From: Lama guanicoe
Lineage: Eukaryota
Direction: 5' to 3'
Length of the DNA stretch: 64,000 nt
NCBI GenBank assembly: GCA_013239625.1
Contig: MU053881.1
Coordinates: 11,584,873-11,648,872, forward strand
The notes under the pieces were generated by a model, which was given only the letters and a program-made list of their open reading frames with translations, did not search any database and was not told where the DNA came from. Position 1 is the first letter of the stretch; every line of letters begins with the position of its first letter. Below are positions 38,862 to 52,794 of this stretch, piece after piece. The translations under genes and the position numbers were made by a program.

Positions 38862-38914
<53 letters not shown>
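38830..38914. repeat. Compound (TC)n-(AC)22 microsatellite
   Basis: Direct reading. Confidence 0.97.
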
Positions 38915-38917
<3 letters not shown>

Positions 38918-41289
38918 TACTCTCTGCCTTTTCTGCAGCCTGTCGTCTTGTTGTTCTCTGCTTTTCTGTCCCTGGGCATATCAACATTCCAAGGTTAATG
39001 ATGAGGCACCTTGGATAAGTGGTGTTTGTTTAGCTTAAGGTAATGTTTTAAGTGTCTTTCTGTGTGTGGCAGTCTCATTGCTTCTAAAACAAAACCCATC
39101 TGCAACTGAACCTGCATTCCATATTAACACCTCAGACACATTGCTGCAGTTTTTTTGTCATCCTGTCCTGGCTGAAAAATTATATGTGAGACTGGAGCTG
39201 GCAAACACTAGAATCAGTTTGATAGGTTCAAGCTTTGAAAAATCACATTTTTCCAAGCCTTATTACCAAAGTGATGTGCTGTGACATTGTGTCCTTCCTA
39301 AGTTTTCTGAATTCCTGGCAAACAGAGTAAAGGAACTGGGTATTTAGCCAGTTTGTTTATGATTGATTTGGATCATAAATGTGGATTTGAGTCATATTCA
39401 CTTATAAAGAAGTGTTCAATCATTATGACAGTGGGTAGGAAAAATTTCCCCTAAATATTAAGAAATTCCTACTTAAGAGGGATACATTTGTTCACAATAT
39501 CTAATAGGGAAGGCCTTTTATTTCCCATTATCTGTCTTGCAGTTAACCTGAAAGGGGATGGTAGTTGTCATCATGGCACATCTGTGCTCCTCAGGCTATC
39601 TGAAAGCAGGTAAACGGGCTGTGACTGTCTGTGGCCAGTGACGTGGGACCAAAAAGAGTTTATTGCTTTCTTACTGAAGCTGTAAGATGCAATGCTCAAT
39701 TCATCATATTCCCTTTCCCTTTCCAAGAAAATTCTGGGAGCTCAATTGAGATGGAGTGCCCACAAATACGGCCAGCAGAGATGCTGTTGGCCCTCACTGG
39801 AAATGCACCTTGGTCGGGTTAAACCACTGAGATTTGAGGATTGTTTGTTTGTACAACAGAACTTAGAATATCCTAACACACCATCAGAGGCCAAGCTTAT
39901 TAGAATAGTTTCAGATTCTTAGTGATCTTCTAGAATAGTTCTATAGACTAGGTACAACCCATATACTCATATGTTCAGGTAGGCTGATGAAAGAAGAGAT
40001 TTCATTAGCACCGAGCATGGTGCTAAGACTTTTATCTGAATTATCATATTTAATCCTCACAACAAGAGGCTATTTTGAAATCAGAACTCCTTAATGTTAA
40101 AATTCTGAGCCTCATGTATTAGCTACTCAATATTTAATTAAGAGTTTAAAAAAGGAATATGAATTCACTTTAAGAAAAAAGAAACATACACCATCAGTGT
40201 ATAACCACTTAATATTGTCATTTTTTTGACAGTCCTGAAGACAGCATTTCAAGCCACTGCTACGTGGTAAAGTGTATGTCTAAAAAGAGGATTAGAAGAA
40301 AGAAGACTCAAGTCTTCTCAGATTTCAAGTCATAGTGTGCTGAGAAGACAAAGCAATTGTTCTTACAAATATGCTTAATTTAAGATCATTATAGAAATTT
40401 GTTTCCCTTCCTTCAAAGAATACGTTTCAAGAGCTAATAACCATCCTATTGTATTTGAACACAGAAAAGTAGTTACTACAGTTAAGGATAAGTGGCTATT
40501 TCTTCTGAAGCTGTGTATGCTATACTTGATAACCATAGCTTCTGATTCTTGAAATAAGCCCTCACTTTGGCATATCATTTGGATTTGAATTTGAATTTGA
40601 ATCATGGATATACGAATCTATATAACCAAATATTTTGAGTGCGTGTGTATGTGAGTGTGTAAAATACAGATGCTTATTCCCTTGCTTCAAGAAAATTTTC
40701 ATAGAAAAATCTAAACTTTCAAACAATCAAATCAGAGGCCAATTATTCTGGAAATTAAGAATATTCTTCATTGCAATAATATTGAATGTATTCTGTAAGT
40801 ATAAACAATTGAGGAAAACCTTTAACTCTCTCTCCTTTTTATAAACACATACCCACATACTCAAGGGCAAAATGCTTTGAAGATTGATTTCTGTGTATTG
40901 GAGAAGTGTCTTTCCCAGTAACTTAGAAAAAAATAAGGAAGCATTTCATCATGAGAAGATGGGTTAGTGTGGAAGAAGTTTAATATAAAGTATTTCATCC
41001 AGATTGCTGATCGAATTCTGATAAAGCTGAGTAACTTTGATTTTTTTGCTACTCAAACTGGAAATTTTTAGATCTATATAAGGTCCATTTAGCCCTCCTC
41101 CATTCTTCTGGATAAAGGTTTTATGGATGTTGCTTGGTGAATCCATTTTATCAGGCTATACATTACCTATATAAATATTCCCATCTAAAATTGTTGGCCA
41201 GCATGTGATTATAGGCTTTGTCCATGTGCCAAGGAAATTGAAAAATACCTATCTAAAAAACATAAAAGATATACAAAGTCCTTTATGTT

Positions 41290-41638
41290 CTGCTGTCTTC
41301 CTCCCTCTCCAAACTCAACTGAGACCACTCCACCATATGCAACTGACACTTTCCATGCAATCTAGACATTTCGTGGTGTTCTCAACATGCCATTTTTGGC
41401 ATTTACAGTTCCTTCCACCTGAAATATCCTTCCTTCTCCTTCTTATACTCTTCCAAGGTGGATTAGGAATACTCTCTAGCTTCATGATATTTTAGGCTTT
41501 TCTGCTTTCTACCACATCATTAGTTTATATATTTTCAAGTGTCTTAGAAGCAAGATTCTTGGGTTTTTTCTAATCTCCTTACTTATAATATCTGTACATA
41601 GAGGCACTCAATTGCTTGTGGAATGAATGAATGAATGC
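41290..41638 (+). mobile_element. L2 3' end
   Basis: Ends acatagaggcactcaattgcttgtggaatgaatgaatgaatg, the L2 terminal (GAAT)n. Confidence 0.75.
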
Positions 41639-42106
41639 TGCTACACTGGTGAGATATTTTAACTGTCATTAGCTAAGTAAGACCATGCAGACAAGCAATG
41701 AGGGAGAAGAGTGTTCACACCACAAAAGGCTAAAAATTAATATGATGAATACACATATCTCAAACTCAAACACCTAAGTAAATTGAAACTCTTTTTTGAA
41801 TAAAAATGCTTTTGTATTCTTTTATTTTTGAACTGAGAATTTTTGAGGGAAAAAAAGAAAACTGAAAATTACAGAGACTGATCTAGTAAATCTCATGTGT
41901 CAACAACCATAATTAATGATTTCTCACATTTTGTTATAATTGTTTTGCCTTCTTTTTTTTAAGTAAAAGAATATTAAAACCCAACCTCATTTGCAAAATA
42001 GAGGGGCTTAGGCATGAACGTGGTCACTTGTTCTTTGCCATGTCCTATATTGAAAGGTTTTCTGTTTTAGAAAGGTAAAGCTCAACCCCCTTCCCAGCCT
42101 TTAGCA

Positions 42107-42515
42107 GAGGGCCAGCTACATAATTTGCAGAGCCCAGTGCAAAATAAAGATGTGGGGCCTCTGCGGGGGACAGGAAAAATCAAACTCCCTTTTGTGTTAA
42201 CCTGCTGCCCCAACCCGAGGCCGAGAGGCAACCTTCAAGGGCTTGAAATCTCAAGGATGGGACAAGAGTGGTGCCTAAATCAGGGATGAGTGAGAAGACC
42301 TGTCGTGTCCCCCATTAAACACACTGTGGTGCTGCTGCTAGCTCAGACAAAGTAGGAAGAGCTGCTCCTTCTTTCATGGAGTCTGTAAAGGAATGGAGGG
42401 TAATCAACAAGTCCACAGAGCAGGGCAGGTTTCATGGGGATCCCACCAATGCAGCTGCATAGGTCCCTGCACTCAGAAAGACCCCATGCCTGGAGTTCAG
42501 TGATCTGTGGTAGCT
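42107..42515. mobile_element. MER45-type hAT-Tip100 fragments
   Basis: ggccagctacataatttgcagagcccagtgcaaaataaagatgtggggcct (reverse of the MER45 3' end) and cagggcaggtttcatggg...ccctgcactcagaaagacccc (MER45 5' end). Confidence 0.7.
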
Positions 42516-45500
42516 AGCTATTTTTTTAGCTCTACATTTCGCCTGAGTGATTTCTTGGACAATAGCCACTCTCTGACCTGAGGTCCCCTAACCAACTCTT
42601 CAGATTGAACACTCATACCCATCCTTTCTGTTAAAATTACTGATTTATGCCCAAAGCCTATGACTACTTGTGACCAGCTGGCTATAATCTGTGTCCTTTC
42701 TCTAACCCACCACTTTTTCTTCTGCCTAGTTGAGCTATTGACTCATCACATCAGTTGAGTTTATCCCCAAGCACACATTTATGTCTACTGGCCATTTAAT
42801 AATCAGTAACTTTGAACTGCTTTTCAACTAATATTTAAGTTTGTCTTATCCTTAAAGTTCATAAGAAGTTATTAATTTCTTTATTTTCATCTGTTTCTTT
42901 TAGTTACGTGTTTTAGTTATGTGTGTGTTACATATTGCTTTAGATTTATTTATCTGTGTCTTCTATTGTTTGGACAGTATTAGAAGACACAGATAACTTC
43001 TACAGTAGGAACTGACATAAGGGATATCTTCATACCTCTATTGCCTACAGTTCAGAGCCTGTCACATAGTAGACAGTCAATAAACATTAAATGAGTTTTA
43101 GTCATCCAGTGAGTAAATCAAGGAGCTAAGGCAGCAGAAAGCACAGAGAAAGCACTCAAATATCAGCTATTATAATACCTAGGTATGTGACCTTGGGAAC
43201 ATTGGTCATCTGTGAAATGGGGTCAACATTCCTTACCTAACAGGGTTATACTAACGTTAAATAAAATAAGGTATGTTACATGCCTTCTACAAAGTCTGAC
43301 ATGTTAATTTGGATAATGAATATTGTCTGGAAGTATGTATCTTCAATTTGCCAAAATGTTACCTACTAAAGGATTCACGTCTTCTAATAAATTAAGCAAA
43401 TTAATTAATGTTTCACATAAATTTCTGAAATCACAGTGGAACAAAGGGCAGAAACTAGAATACTTAATATGATTGGTTCATCAGCCAAGAAAAAAGTGTG
43501 GATTATAAAGGAAAAAATGAGAGGACTGTGAGCATGGGAAATCAGGAGTGACCAACATGGAAGCTAAAGAAAGAAATGCCAGTGAGGAAGTGTTGGGTGC
43601 CTTGGAAGGCAAATGAAGAAGGTAATTCAAGAAGAGAGTGATCAACTGCATCAAAATATGGAAGATATTAATTTACTTGCTAGTATCTGAAAGCTTTCCT
43701 TGATTCATGTTCATTATTCTGTTAAGAGTGTAAAATGTGAAACCCGTATCTCCTTTTTGGGGTCCAGTACGTTAGTTACTAGTATTTGTCATGAAAGGTA
43801 GGGTTTTCTGCAACCTCACATTTGCCCACGCGTCCATTTGCCTTTTCCTTTTAAGCCTAATTTCTGACATTTCCCTCTAGATAAGATACCATCAAATTGT
43901 TCCATTTTAGCCAATTACAATTTGTGGGGAAAGCAGTCTTTAAACCTGTCCTTAGTCCCATCATTCACTGCAAGTGAAAGTTTTACACCAAAATTGCAGG
44001 TTTGGATAAACACTAAAGAGCAGCCTATCTTATTGGGCTGCTCATAAATGGAAACCTTGTCAATTGGCGTGGAAACATCTCATTTTAAAACTTCAGGGTG
44101 TTGATAAACACCATCAAAACTATGTAAACTTTGATCTTTATCTAAGTTCCAGGTTGTTCGGCAGAAAATAGTTAATACAACGATGCTTCTAACACCATTC
44201 ACCACTTAGCACTCAGTAATTTCATGCTTTTAGAGGACAGATTGCTGAGCCTTTCTCAGTAAAGTGGAGAAAGCTTTCAAATATATGGACTGCAGATAAT
44301 GGCAAAGATGCCAGTTCTTTCTGGATTTTCTATTTATACAAACATGAGAAATTAAATTTGTCACAAAGGAACATTTTATGTATATTCTAAATTTGCATTA
44401 TATTTTTGCTGTTGATTTCATGGCTTCCCCCCAAAAAGTGGGAAAAATAATGTTTTGTACATCAGGATTAATCCAGTTTATGACATTCATCTAGTTTATT
44501 ACATTCATAAAACCTGGAGCTAAAAGGAACTTTAATTTTGTTTTTAACTTGGTTGATGCCCACCAACTCATCATTATAAATCTTCTTCCCTCAAATAGAA
44601 TTACACTGTGATTGTGGATCATCAGACCATTCATCTGGGCTTATTTCTTCTGTGCTGTGCCTTTTTATACCGATTATTACATTTGTTCCTAGGCAAAAAT
44701 TACCCCAGCTTCTTTGAAGTTTCCTCTTTTCTTCCCTACTTTCTAACTTTTAACTATTTAAGCAATCAATCTGTTGAGAACTTTATATCATATTTTAAAA
44801 ATATACAGATTAGATAGTTGCCACAATTGTTATATTCTCTTAAGCCCAGTTTCTGAGATATATAAGAACTGTTAAATTGTTCAATCAAGGTTCTATGTTT
44901 GAAAATGTGCAAGGAAGCAGCTTCGTGGTTAAGTACACAAACTGACAGCCTGTTTTTGAGTCCCTCTCTGCTCCTTAAATTAAAATGACTAGTTGTGATA
45001 TTTAATAAATAATAATTGATTTCATTTTCCTATTTGTATGTGTCTTTAGGGATTTTAATTTATTATAATAATTAACTATTAATCCTCAGTACCTTTCTCT
45101 TCACATCAAATTCCACTTATTCCTATAAAAAGTTTGCAAATCTGTTTATTACACTGTTATTTGTAGTCCTGAATGTTTATAGACAAATGACTAAATAAGA
45201 TATAGTTAATTCACGTTACAGAATACCATGCAGTCTTGAAAAAGAATCAATTAGCCCTCTGTGTATTGGTACAGAAGGTTGCTTAAGATATATTGAGTGA
45301 AAATCTGAAAGTAAGAAGAAAGCAAAAATCATTGTATTTACTATATTTTATATAATATTTATATATTTATATATGTATTTATTCTATTGTAAATAAAATG
45401 CTTATAGTTTTATATTAACACAGACACAAATTTGGGCGGAGAAAAAACTACCAAACCGTAAATGTTTTTTCTCCCTGAGAGTGAGACGGGGGGTGGGGGG

Positions 45501-46106
45501 GAATTTCACTTTGAAAATTATTTTGCATTTAATTCTTTTCAAAAAAGCCAATGCTATTTTTCTAATAAAATATGTACATACATTCAGTTACATGTTAAAT
45601 TATATAAGCAGCACATAATTATTAATAATAGTATATGACTGTATAAAAAAATTGTGTTTACATACAGTTTAGACCTAACGAATGCATCAAGATTATTGCG
45701 ACCACTCCAAGTAATTCTGATGATCAGGCCAGGTTTGAACAGCCAACTTTGAGCCACGCTGTTCTAACTTACTTAGTCTTGGCTATTCATACAATTAAGT
45801 TTATTCACTCATGCCTATGTTTCTACTTTTTTATGCGGTTCCGTGAAATGTGTTGCTTTATTTATTATTAAGAATTTGTTTGCTACATTAAACAGTACCC
45901 ACTAGACAAGAACTTCTAGAAGATACACTGAGGAATAGTTTATTGATTCAACAAGAATTTATGGCATGTGTGCTATGTATGCCTGGTTCCGTCCCACGTG
46001 GTAGGAGTGCAAAGTGGAACAAAACAGAAGAGGTCCCATCTCATGAAGATAACTCTCTCACAAGTAATTGTTTAGCTGCTTTTATCTTACGACTAGTCCT
46101 ATACTG

Positions 46107-46298
46107 CAGTGGTTCTCAAATTTGAGCAGGCATCAGACTGACCCAGGGAGCTTGTTAAGCCAGACAAGACGGGGCCTCACCCTCAGAGGTTCTGATTTAG
46201 TGAATCTTGGGGTGGGGCTCAAGAATTTCCATTTCTAACAAATTCCCAAGTGATGCTGATACTCCTGGTTGGGACCACACTATTTTTGAGAATCACTA
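46107..46298 (+). mobile_element. MER5A hAT-Charlie MITE, near full length
   Basis: TIRs cagtggttctcaaa / tttgagaatcacta; typical internal sequence; decayed 8-bp TSD ctatactg/ctaaaatg. Confidence 0.92.
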
Positions 46299-46497
46299 CT
46301 AAAATGCCATCTGTTCCCCTTCTTCCATTGGCTGGTACAGAAATGAGATCCTGGGGCCTTCTCTAGCAGGAACATAAGACCAGTACGTTGAGTGCTAATT
46401 TCAAAGCTGGCATTCTTCTACATTCCTATCCTGATATCTAAAGTATATTTTATCTGGAATTGTGTATACCTCCTAAGCATCTGCAATACTTTTTGGA

Positions 46498-46780
46498 ACT
46501 CACAGTCACCAGGGTTAAAGGTGAGGGTGGAGGGATAATTCAGGAGTTCAGGATTTGCAGGTACTAACTACTATATATAAAATAGAAAAATAACAGGGCC
46601 CTCCTGTATAGCATAGGGAACTATATTCAATGTCTTGTAATAGCCTATAATGAAAAATGTGAAAAGGAATATATACATATATATAAAAAACTGAATCACT
46701 ACTCTGTACACCAGAAATTAACACAACATTGTATACCAACTATCCATAATTTTAAAAATAAATAAAATTTTAAAAATTAG
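46498..46780 (+). mobile_element. 5'-truncated L1 3' UTR (cetartiodactyl/camelid type)
   Basis: tactaactactatatataaaatag...ctgtatagcatagggaactatattcaat...ctgtacaccagaaattaacacaacattgt plus A-rich tail; 12-bp TSD atactttttgga (46486-97 and 46781-92). Confidence 0.93.
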
Positions 46781-47055
46781 ATACTTTTTGGAGAACTATA
46801 TATTTCAGTATGAAGAGAAAGACAGTGAGACAAAAAGAAAGAACCTGAAATTTACAAACACATGCAACAGGGCAGCTAAAGCGATTTCGGACTATTCTGA
46901 CTGCCTTTGCTTCCTCCGGGAATCATGTCCAACCCACCTGGTTACCCAAGTGGCTGAGATCAAATAAGTTAATGTTTATGGAAACTTCTTGCAAAGTGTA
47001 AAAAGCTATAAAACGTAGGTTACTTAGAGAATTCCTCATCCATCTCTGGTTCTTA

Positions 47056-47467
47056 TGTGAAGGAGAGGCTAGGCTGGTCTAACAAGATAACTCACAAATC
47101 TAAGTATTGGAATACTGATCTGAGTTCTGCTAGACTAACTTGTAAATCTAAGTTAATTAGTGTTGGTTTGCTGTTTATGTTTTTTGCTAGCCAGCTGGAT
47201 TTTCAAAGATACATATCTGGCTTTGGAATGTTGGTTTGCTGCCTCCCCGCCTCCACTTTTGTGATGATGATGCTGCTAAAGCTGTTCCATGCCTATTGGC
47301 CGAATACCCCAGCTTGTACTTTACCCTATAAAACCTCATGTGCACATCTTGAAGGTGCTCAGAGCTTCGTCGCAGAAGCCCCTCTGAGCCCGCCGGCGTA
47401 ATACATCTGAGTACTTCGACCCTCCGAGCGGTGCTTGTTTCTTGGCTGGCCTGTCGTTTCCGTAACA
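47056..47467 (+). mobile_element. Young ERV1 (gamma-like) solo LTR
   Basis: TGT...ACA termini; perfect TSD ctta; ATTGG at 47295; TATAAAA at 47327; AATACA at 47400; CpGs retained. Confidence 0.92.
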
Positions 47468-48752
47468 CTTAGAAGAAAAACACGGAATATCTCTTCTTGG
47501 CCAACCCAGAGAAAATGACCCCTCAACATTGAGTTTGATGTCTTTCCTCCCAAAGTGGTACATGTGCTTGGCCTGGGTCATGCAGTATATCATTTATCAA
47601 ATGTTTCTGAGGTGAGTCTCCTCTTTTGAACACACCTCTGAGTCTTCACACTATGGAGAGAAGTCAGACACAGGCCTTACACCTTGAGATTTCTGAAGAA
47701 CATGTGCCATGTGTTTGTCATCTTTCAGAAAAGCACCTCTGAAGAGCTCTCTAATGAGTTTCCTAGAGAAAATCTGAAGGAATCGTAATGCCACTAATCA
47801 TTTCCTACCTTCCCACTGAACCTCTTATTAATTAACATGTTAATGCTCTGTTTGATTTCTTAAATTCAGTTTGAGAGACAGTAAAACAGCTATTTTCAAA
47901 TTAAATTAAGTTGAGTTGTGAGGAGATTTTCAACCAATATAGGGCTTTTTGTACTCGACTAATTCCAGTCCTCATTAAGGTAAAAAAAAAAAAAATCAAT
48001 GAGCTTGAAATGAAAGTGTTGATATTATTGTAAGCTAAATCTACTTCTGAATAACTTACTCCCTCCATAACAATGTTTTACCATGTTTGTGACATTAGGA
48101 AATGCAAATTCCAGTGCTTAAAGAGAGAGAAAAATTTCCTCAGTTACCATAAATGTCGCTCAAGTATCTGTTTGGGGAATTAACATAGTCATAAACTGTA
48201 AAAATTAAGATTTTTTTCCGGTACAGTAGACATCTTTACTGTTAATAGGCTGCAATAATCCTTTGATTTTTTTCCAGTGGTGTAAGACTCTCAGTTCATT
48301 CTGCAAATTTCAGGTATAATTAATTATCTTTTATCTTCTTCTAAGGCTTCTCTTTTTGGCAAAAAGTATTCGTTTAGGCTTCTGTTCTGATGGAAAATGT
48401 TATATAAGGTAGTTCCTAACTTTAGAGCTATGGCACCATTATGAACCAAATGGTTTTCACTTACCTTTCTTCAATAAAAAAATTTCAAATACCTTTATTT
48501 ATACTGATTTGGGTTTCTAAATCTTTTGATCATTTTATGTTGAACTTCAGAATGTCTTCTATTGTCAGTGCTTTTTGCAATTATCCTTTATTTTCCCTCA
48601 ATTATCCTTTTTCTTGGTTTTTTTTTTTTTTTAGATTAGTATTCAGTAACATCTTGGGTTGATACCAATACTCTACCACATATAGGAATTGAGTATGACT
48701 GTACCAGAAAATCTTCCAGGCAATGTTTTGCCCTTGGATGATGCAAGTATTT

Positions 48753-48900
48753 CAGTGCTTCTCAAAGTTAAACAGGCATATGAATCACCTGGAGATCATG
48801 TTCATCTATAGATCCTTATTCAGTAGGTCCGGGGCAGGGTATGAGATTCTGCATTTCCAACAAACTCGGGGGTGATGCTGATACTACTTTGGGTAGCAGG
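48753..48900 (+). mobile_element. MER5A-type MITE
   Basis: cagtgcttctcaaag...gaatcacctggaga...ttcagtaggtc...gagattctgcatttccaacaaactc...gtgatgctgat. Confidence 0.85.
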
Positions 48901-49249
48901 GTTTAGACAACACTGATAAGCCAAGAATAAATTTGGCATGATGTCTTTAATAATTGGAAATCTCACAGTTTTCTGAAAAGCAGAGTTTGCTTTTCATAAA
49001 CAGTACCTTAGGTAGGACCCAAGTATGCAGTCAAACAAAACTGAAATATTTCTGTCTTTTTCTACCTTCCTAAAGCACAACACATTGCTGAGTTAAAAGG
49101 TGTTTTTCACAGTTTTTAGTATTTATAATTGTAAATTATAAAATATTTGCAATATTTTTCATCAGTTTCCCATTTGTCATATATGGCATATGAGATAAAA
49201 TCTAATTGCCATCTTACAAGAAACTATTCACAATGGCCTTCATTTGTTC

Positions 49250-49840
49250 ACTCGCTGTTCCGAGTTTTTACCTCTACCTTTGTTCATGTGGTTTCATTTA
49301 TCTGAAATAGCCACTCTTCCAAACACACTCCATTTATTGAAAACCTATTAATTCCTTAAGTCCTATCTTGAGCACCATCTTTTCTGTGAAGCCTTTTGAA
49401 ATCCCCTTAATTAGATGAAATCTCTGATGACTCTAACCTTACTCTGCCTTACAACATAGTAATTCATATACTTGCCTGTAGCTCCTTAATAAAATGGTCC
49501 TCCTTAGAGATAAGGAACACTTGTGCAACTTCTTTTACCATAACTTGAGTCATTATCAAACATGTATTCATCTCCTATCATATGCCAGGCCCTGAGCTCA
49601 GTACTGGGGGCATAGAAATGAATGAGACTTTTAGCATCTGTCTTCAAGGGGTCATGGTTTTCCAGGACATAAAACAAAGGTTTAAAGATATAATCATCAA
49701 ATAATACAGCACAGTACAAGGCACAGTGATGGGACAAAGAAAGAAATGATGATCTCTGTGTGGACCATGCTGAGCAAAGACACCAGAGTGGCTAGAGGCA
49801 AGTTAAGAAGCTTAAGAGACAAACAGGAGATTTTCTAGGC
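49250..49840. mobile_element. Two L2 fragments in opposite orientation
   Basis: caccatcttttctgtgaagcctttt (plus) and ctatcatatgccaggccctgagctcagtactgggg...aatgaatgagac (minus). Confidence 0.6.
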
Positions 49841-52794
49841 ATGAATTATATGGGATAGATGTTCAGTTTCTTCCATTTATCCAACTTACTGAATTAATCT
49901 AAATGCAGCTCATAAAATTGAACCCATTTAAACTCTATTTAACTTTCTTACATTTCTTTAGTTTTTTAATGACTGTTGCATGCGGTTTTCATGAATCCCA
50001 CACCCTAATTCTCCTACCATCAGCAGCCGTTCTGTAAGAACACAATATACCTTACCTCAATCCATATACCTATTAACCATTCCATGGGCCTACCCTGGGT
50101 GTCCTGGACCCTGTAGTGGTAACATCATTACCAGTAGGAGGAACCATAACAAGCCACATCCAACATATATTTGAACCCTGCTAAAGTAGTCACCTCCTTT
50201 ACCAATGTATATAATTGCACAGGTTGAGGAAACTTGCCAAGAACCCAAATCCAGTTTGTAGTCACAGGAAGTGGGGGCTGCTGAAAACAGTTCTCAGCCA
50301 GGATTCAAGCAATACAGTATTATCAGAATCACCAGGAGAAATCCCAGCAAGCGGCCCAACGCCAAACTTATTTCTTTCTATTTCAAAATTAACATACAAT
50401 CACCATTGAAACCTACTCTACCCTGCTAAAAAACATTAGCTTGTTGGGCCTGGCACCTAGAGATTTGTCTCAGAAAGTCTAGTTGTGACTCCAAGACATT
50501 TTGGGTTGAACCAGAACCATAGTGGGTAAAGCTGCAGGTGGCCTACAGGCATCATTCCAGGCAAATTATCCCTCATTTCATGGGGCTAACTTTGAAATAA
50601 AGGCAAGTGTATAATGTTTTGCTTACCACAACTTATATTTGCTGAAGTGGGAAATGACATGTAATAAGATTAAAACTTCTCCCTTTTGCCAGTGGCCTGT
50701 CCCAAATTCCTTACTCTGTTGTCCTTGATTATTAACTCTTTCTACTAACAAGGGGCCGTGGTTGTAATTGTCTTCCCCTCCTCCACATAAGTGATATAGA
50801 AGCAATTTTAGAATTCGATTTCTTTTATCGATCCCTCACAGCATTATGATTTTCTTCGGCAGAAAGAATTGAAACCAGTGCCATTGTCCTAACAGTGTGA
50901 ATGGAAGCTTTAGCATCAACAAGGCACAAGAAAATTTCCTGAGTTCAACTCTCCCTCAAAGTGTCTCTACGAAGAAGGTGCAACTGCCTCACTTTTACAG
51001 ATGAGGAAACAAGATGAAGAGCTAAGGAACTTGCAAAGATCACATAGCAAGTGAAAACCATCTTCAAACCCAGTTGTCTGATTCTGTAACCAATTTTGGT
51101 TTTACTACTTCAGACAGTTGGCATTTCATTTCATCTTGTTGGGGCTACAGATATTGAGTGAATGGTGAGTTTGTACATGCTGCAATTTACCAGGTTAATT
51201 ATAAAAGCAAAACGATGTCCTTCCCACATAGCCTCCAGTCTCATTCTCATCCGGAGGGTGGAATCTGTAATAATGTTCTCCGACACTAGGCTTCTAGCTT
51301 TTGTGGTTTTCTTTCTCTTTGACAGCCATTTTTTCCTCTTCGTTTAAGATTCTGTATCATCTATCTTTGATGTGGCACCTTTTCTTTCTTCTCCAGAGTG
51401 TTTCTTCCCAGCAGTCCCCTAGTTTTATTATTCGGGATTTTCGACCTACCTTTCTCTTTTAGCTTTAAGCTTTGGGCTTTTCTCTTACTCTTCAACTGAG
51501 GTGATCATATGCCCATGCTGTTTCTTTCATTTAGTTTTCTTTTTCATTTTCAACCATATAATTTCTTTTCTGTTCCCTATTATTCTAGATTTCATCACAG
51601 TACCTTAATCCTTACTAATATGCTGGAAGGATTTTTTCCCTCCCTAGCATTTCTGATGTCAGCCTTTCAACTATGAGGAAGAACTATCCACACCCTCTTT
51701 ATTAATTGTATTGATCACCTAGATATTTCTCCAGGTATTTTTGTATGTTTTTTTTTCAGTCATTCGATGTGTATCTTATTTGTGGCCTAACTGAAATGAA
51801 CTGGCATGTTTTGATACAATATCATCAAGACTCAGACTCCACAGTGACAAAAATTCAGAGCAAGAAATAGGATAATACACTCACACCTGGAACCACAAGT
51901 GCCTCATTAGTGATGAAGAGTAACATTTCCAAAAAAATAGCTGCTAAAAAATAGTCTGGTTTCTGGTTTCAGTAGATTTTCTATTTTAAGGCATTTTCCT
52001 AGTCACTACTAAATCTAATTTTAATCACCAAAATTTCCTCTCTCATTCCACAATCCATTACAAGATCATGGAATGGATTCTGTACATTCCATCCTTGGAA
52101 TGATGATGCACCTGTCACCATCATATAATCTGTAAATAAAGTAGAAAACAGCCTCATTTTGTTTATATCATGAGTCATATGTCTTATGTTGCAGTGACTG
52201 TAGTTTAGTGCTGCTTTTCTGTTTAGTAAAGGAATGAAAATGCAAAAGAGTTTTCTGAACAGAGGAATCATGACAGGGGAAACCAGACGTGCAATGCATC
52301 AAAGCAACACAAGATGTCACTTTTACATAGGCCTGCACTTCTCGGGTCCCGCTATATCCGCATCGTGCATAAAATCACTTATGGAGGGAGAAACACCAGA
52401 AGATGTACCAATGCTTCAGAAGCATGAACAGGAGCCAAAGTTTGTGGTTTGTTATCAGTATCTGCAACAATATCTTGAAAAACATCCCCCAGCTGGAATT
52501 ATTCTCCTGTACCTATACGAGCCTATACAACACCTATGTATGCCCTCAACATATGTGCAGTTCCCTCTCCACTTTCTGGATGGCGCAAGGCCCAAAACGA
52601 AGCTTTTTCTCACTGCCAAGCATATGCTTTCTCTCTGCTTCCTTATTTCTGCTCTTCCAACATCTTATTTGAGGCCTGATCTATTAAAAATGTGCTCCTG
52701 ACATTCTTTTTATGGTCACTCACTTAGCTGACCCTCTGGCGCAGTTCTGATCCCAGCACTTTTCTGTCCTCTAAGGTCAGGCTTATTAGTACAG

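Noticed and set aside
38734..39038. ORFs with HTHT or CVCV runs (also at 8838 and 17726)
   Set aside because: Translations of dinucleotide microsatellites
47057..47593. Overlapping 64-114 aa ORFs on both strands
   Set aside because: They lie mostly within the GC-richer solo LTR, which has few stop codons
52234..52701. Longest ORF (155 aa) as a gene or viral insert
   Set aside because: No recognisable domain, promoter or splice context; a TNASEA*TGA resemblance to Gypsy RNase H in another frame does not extend. BLASTX would settle it
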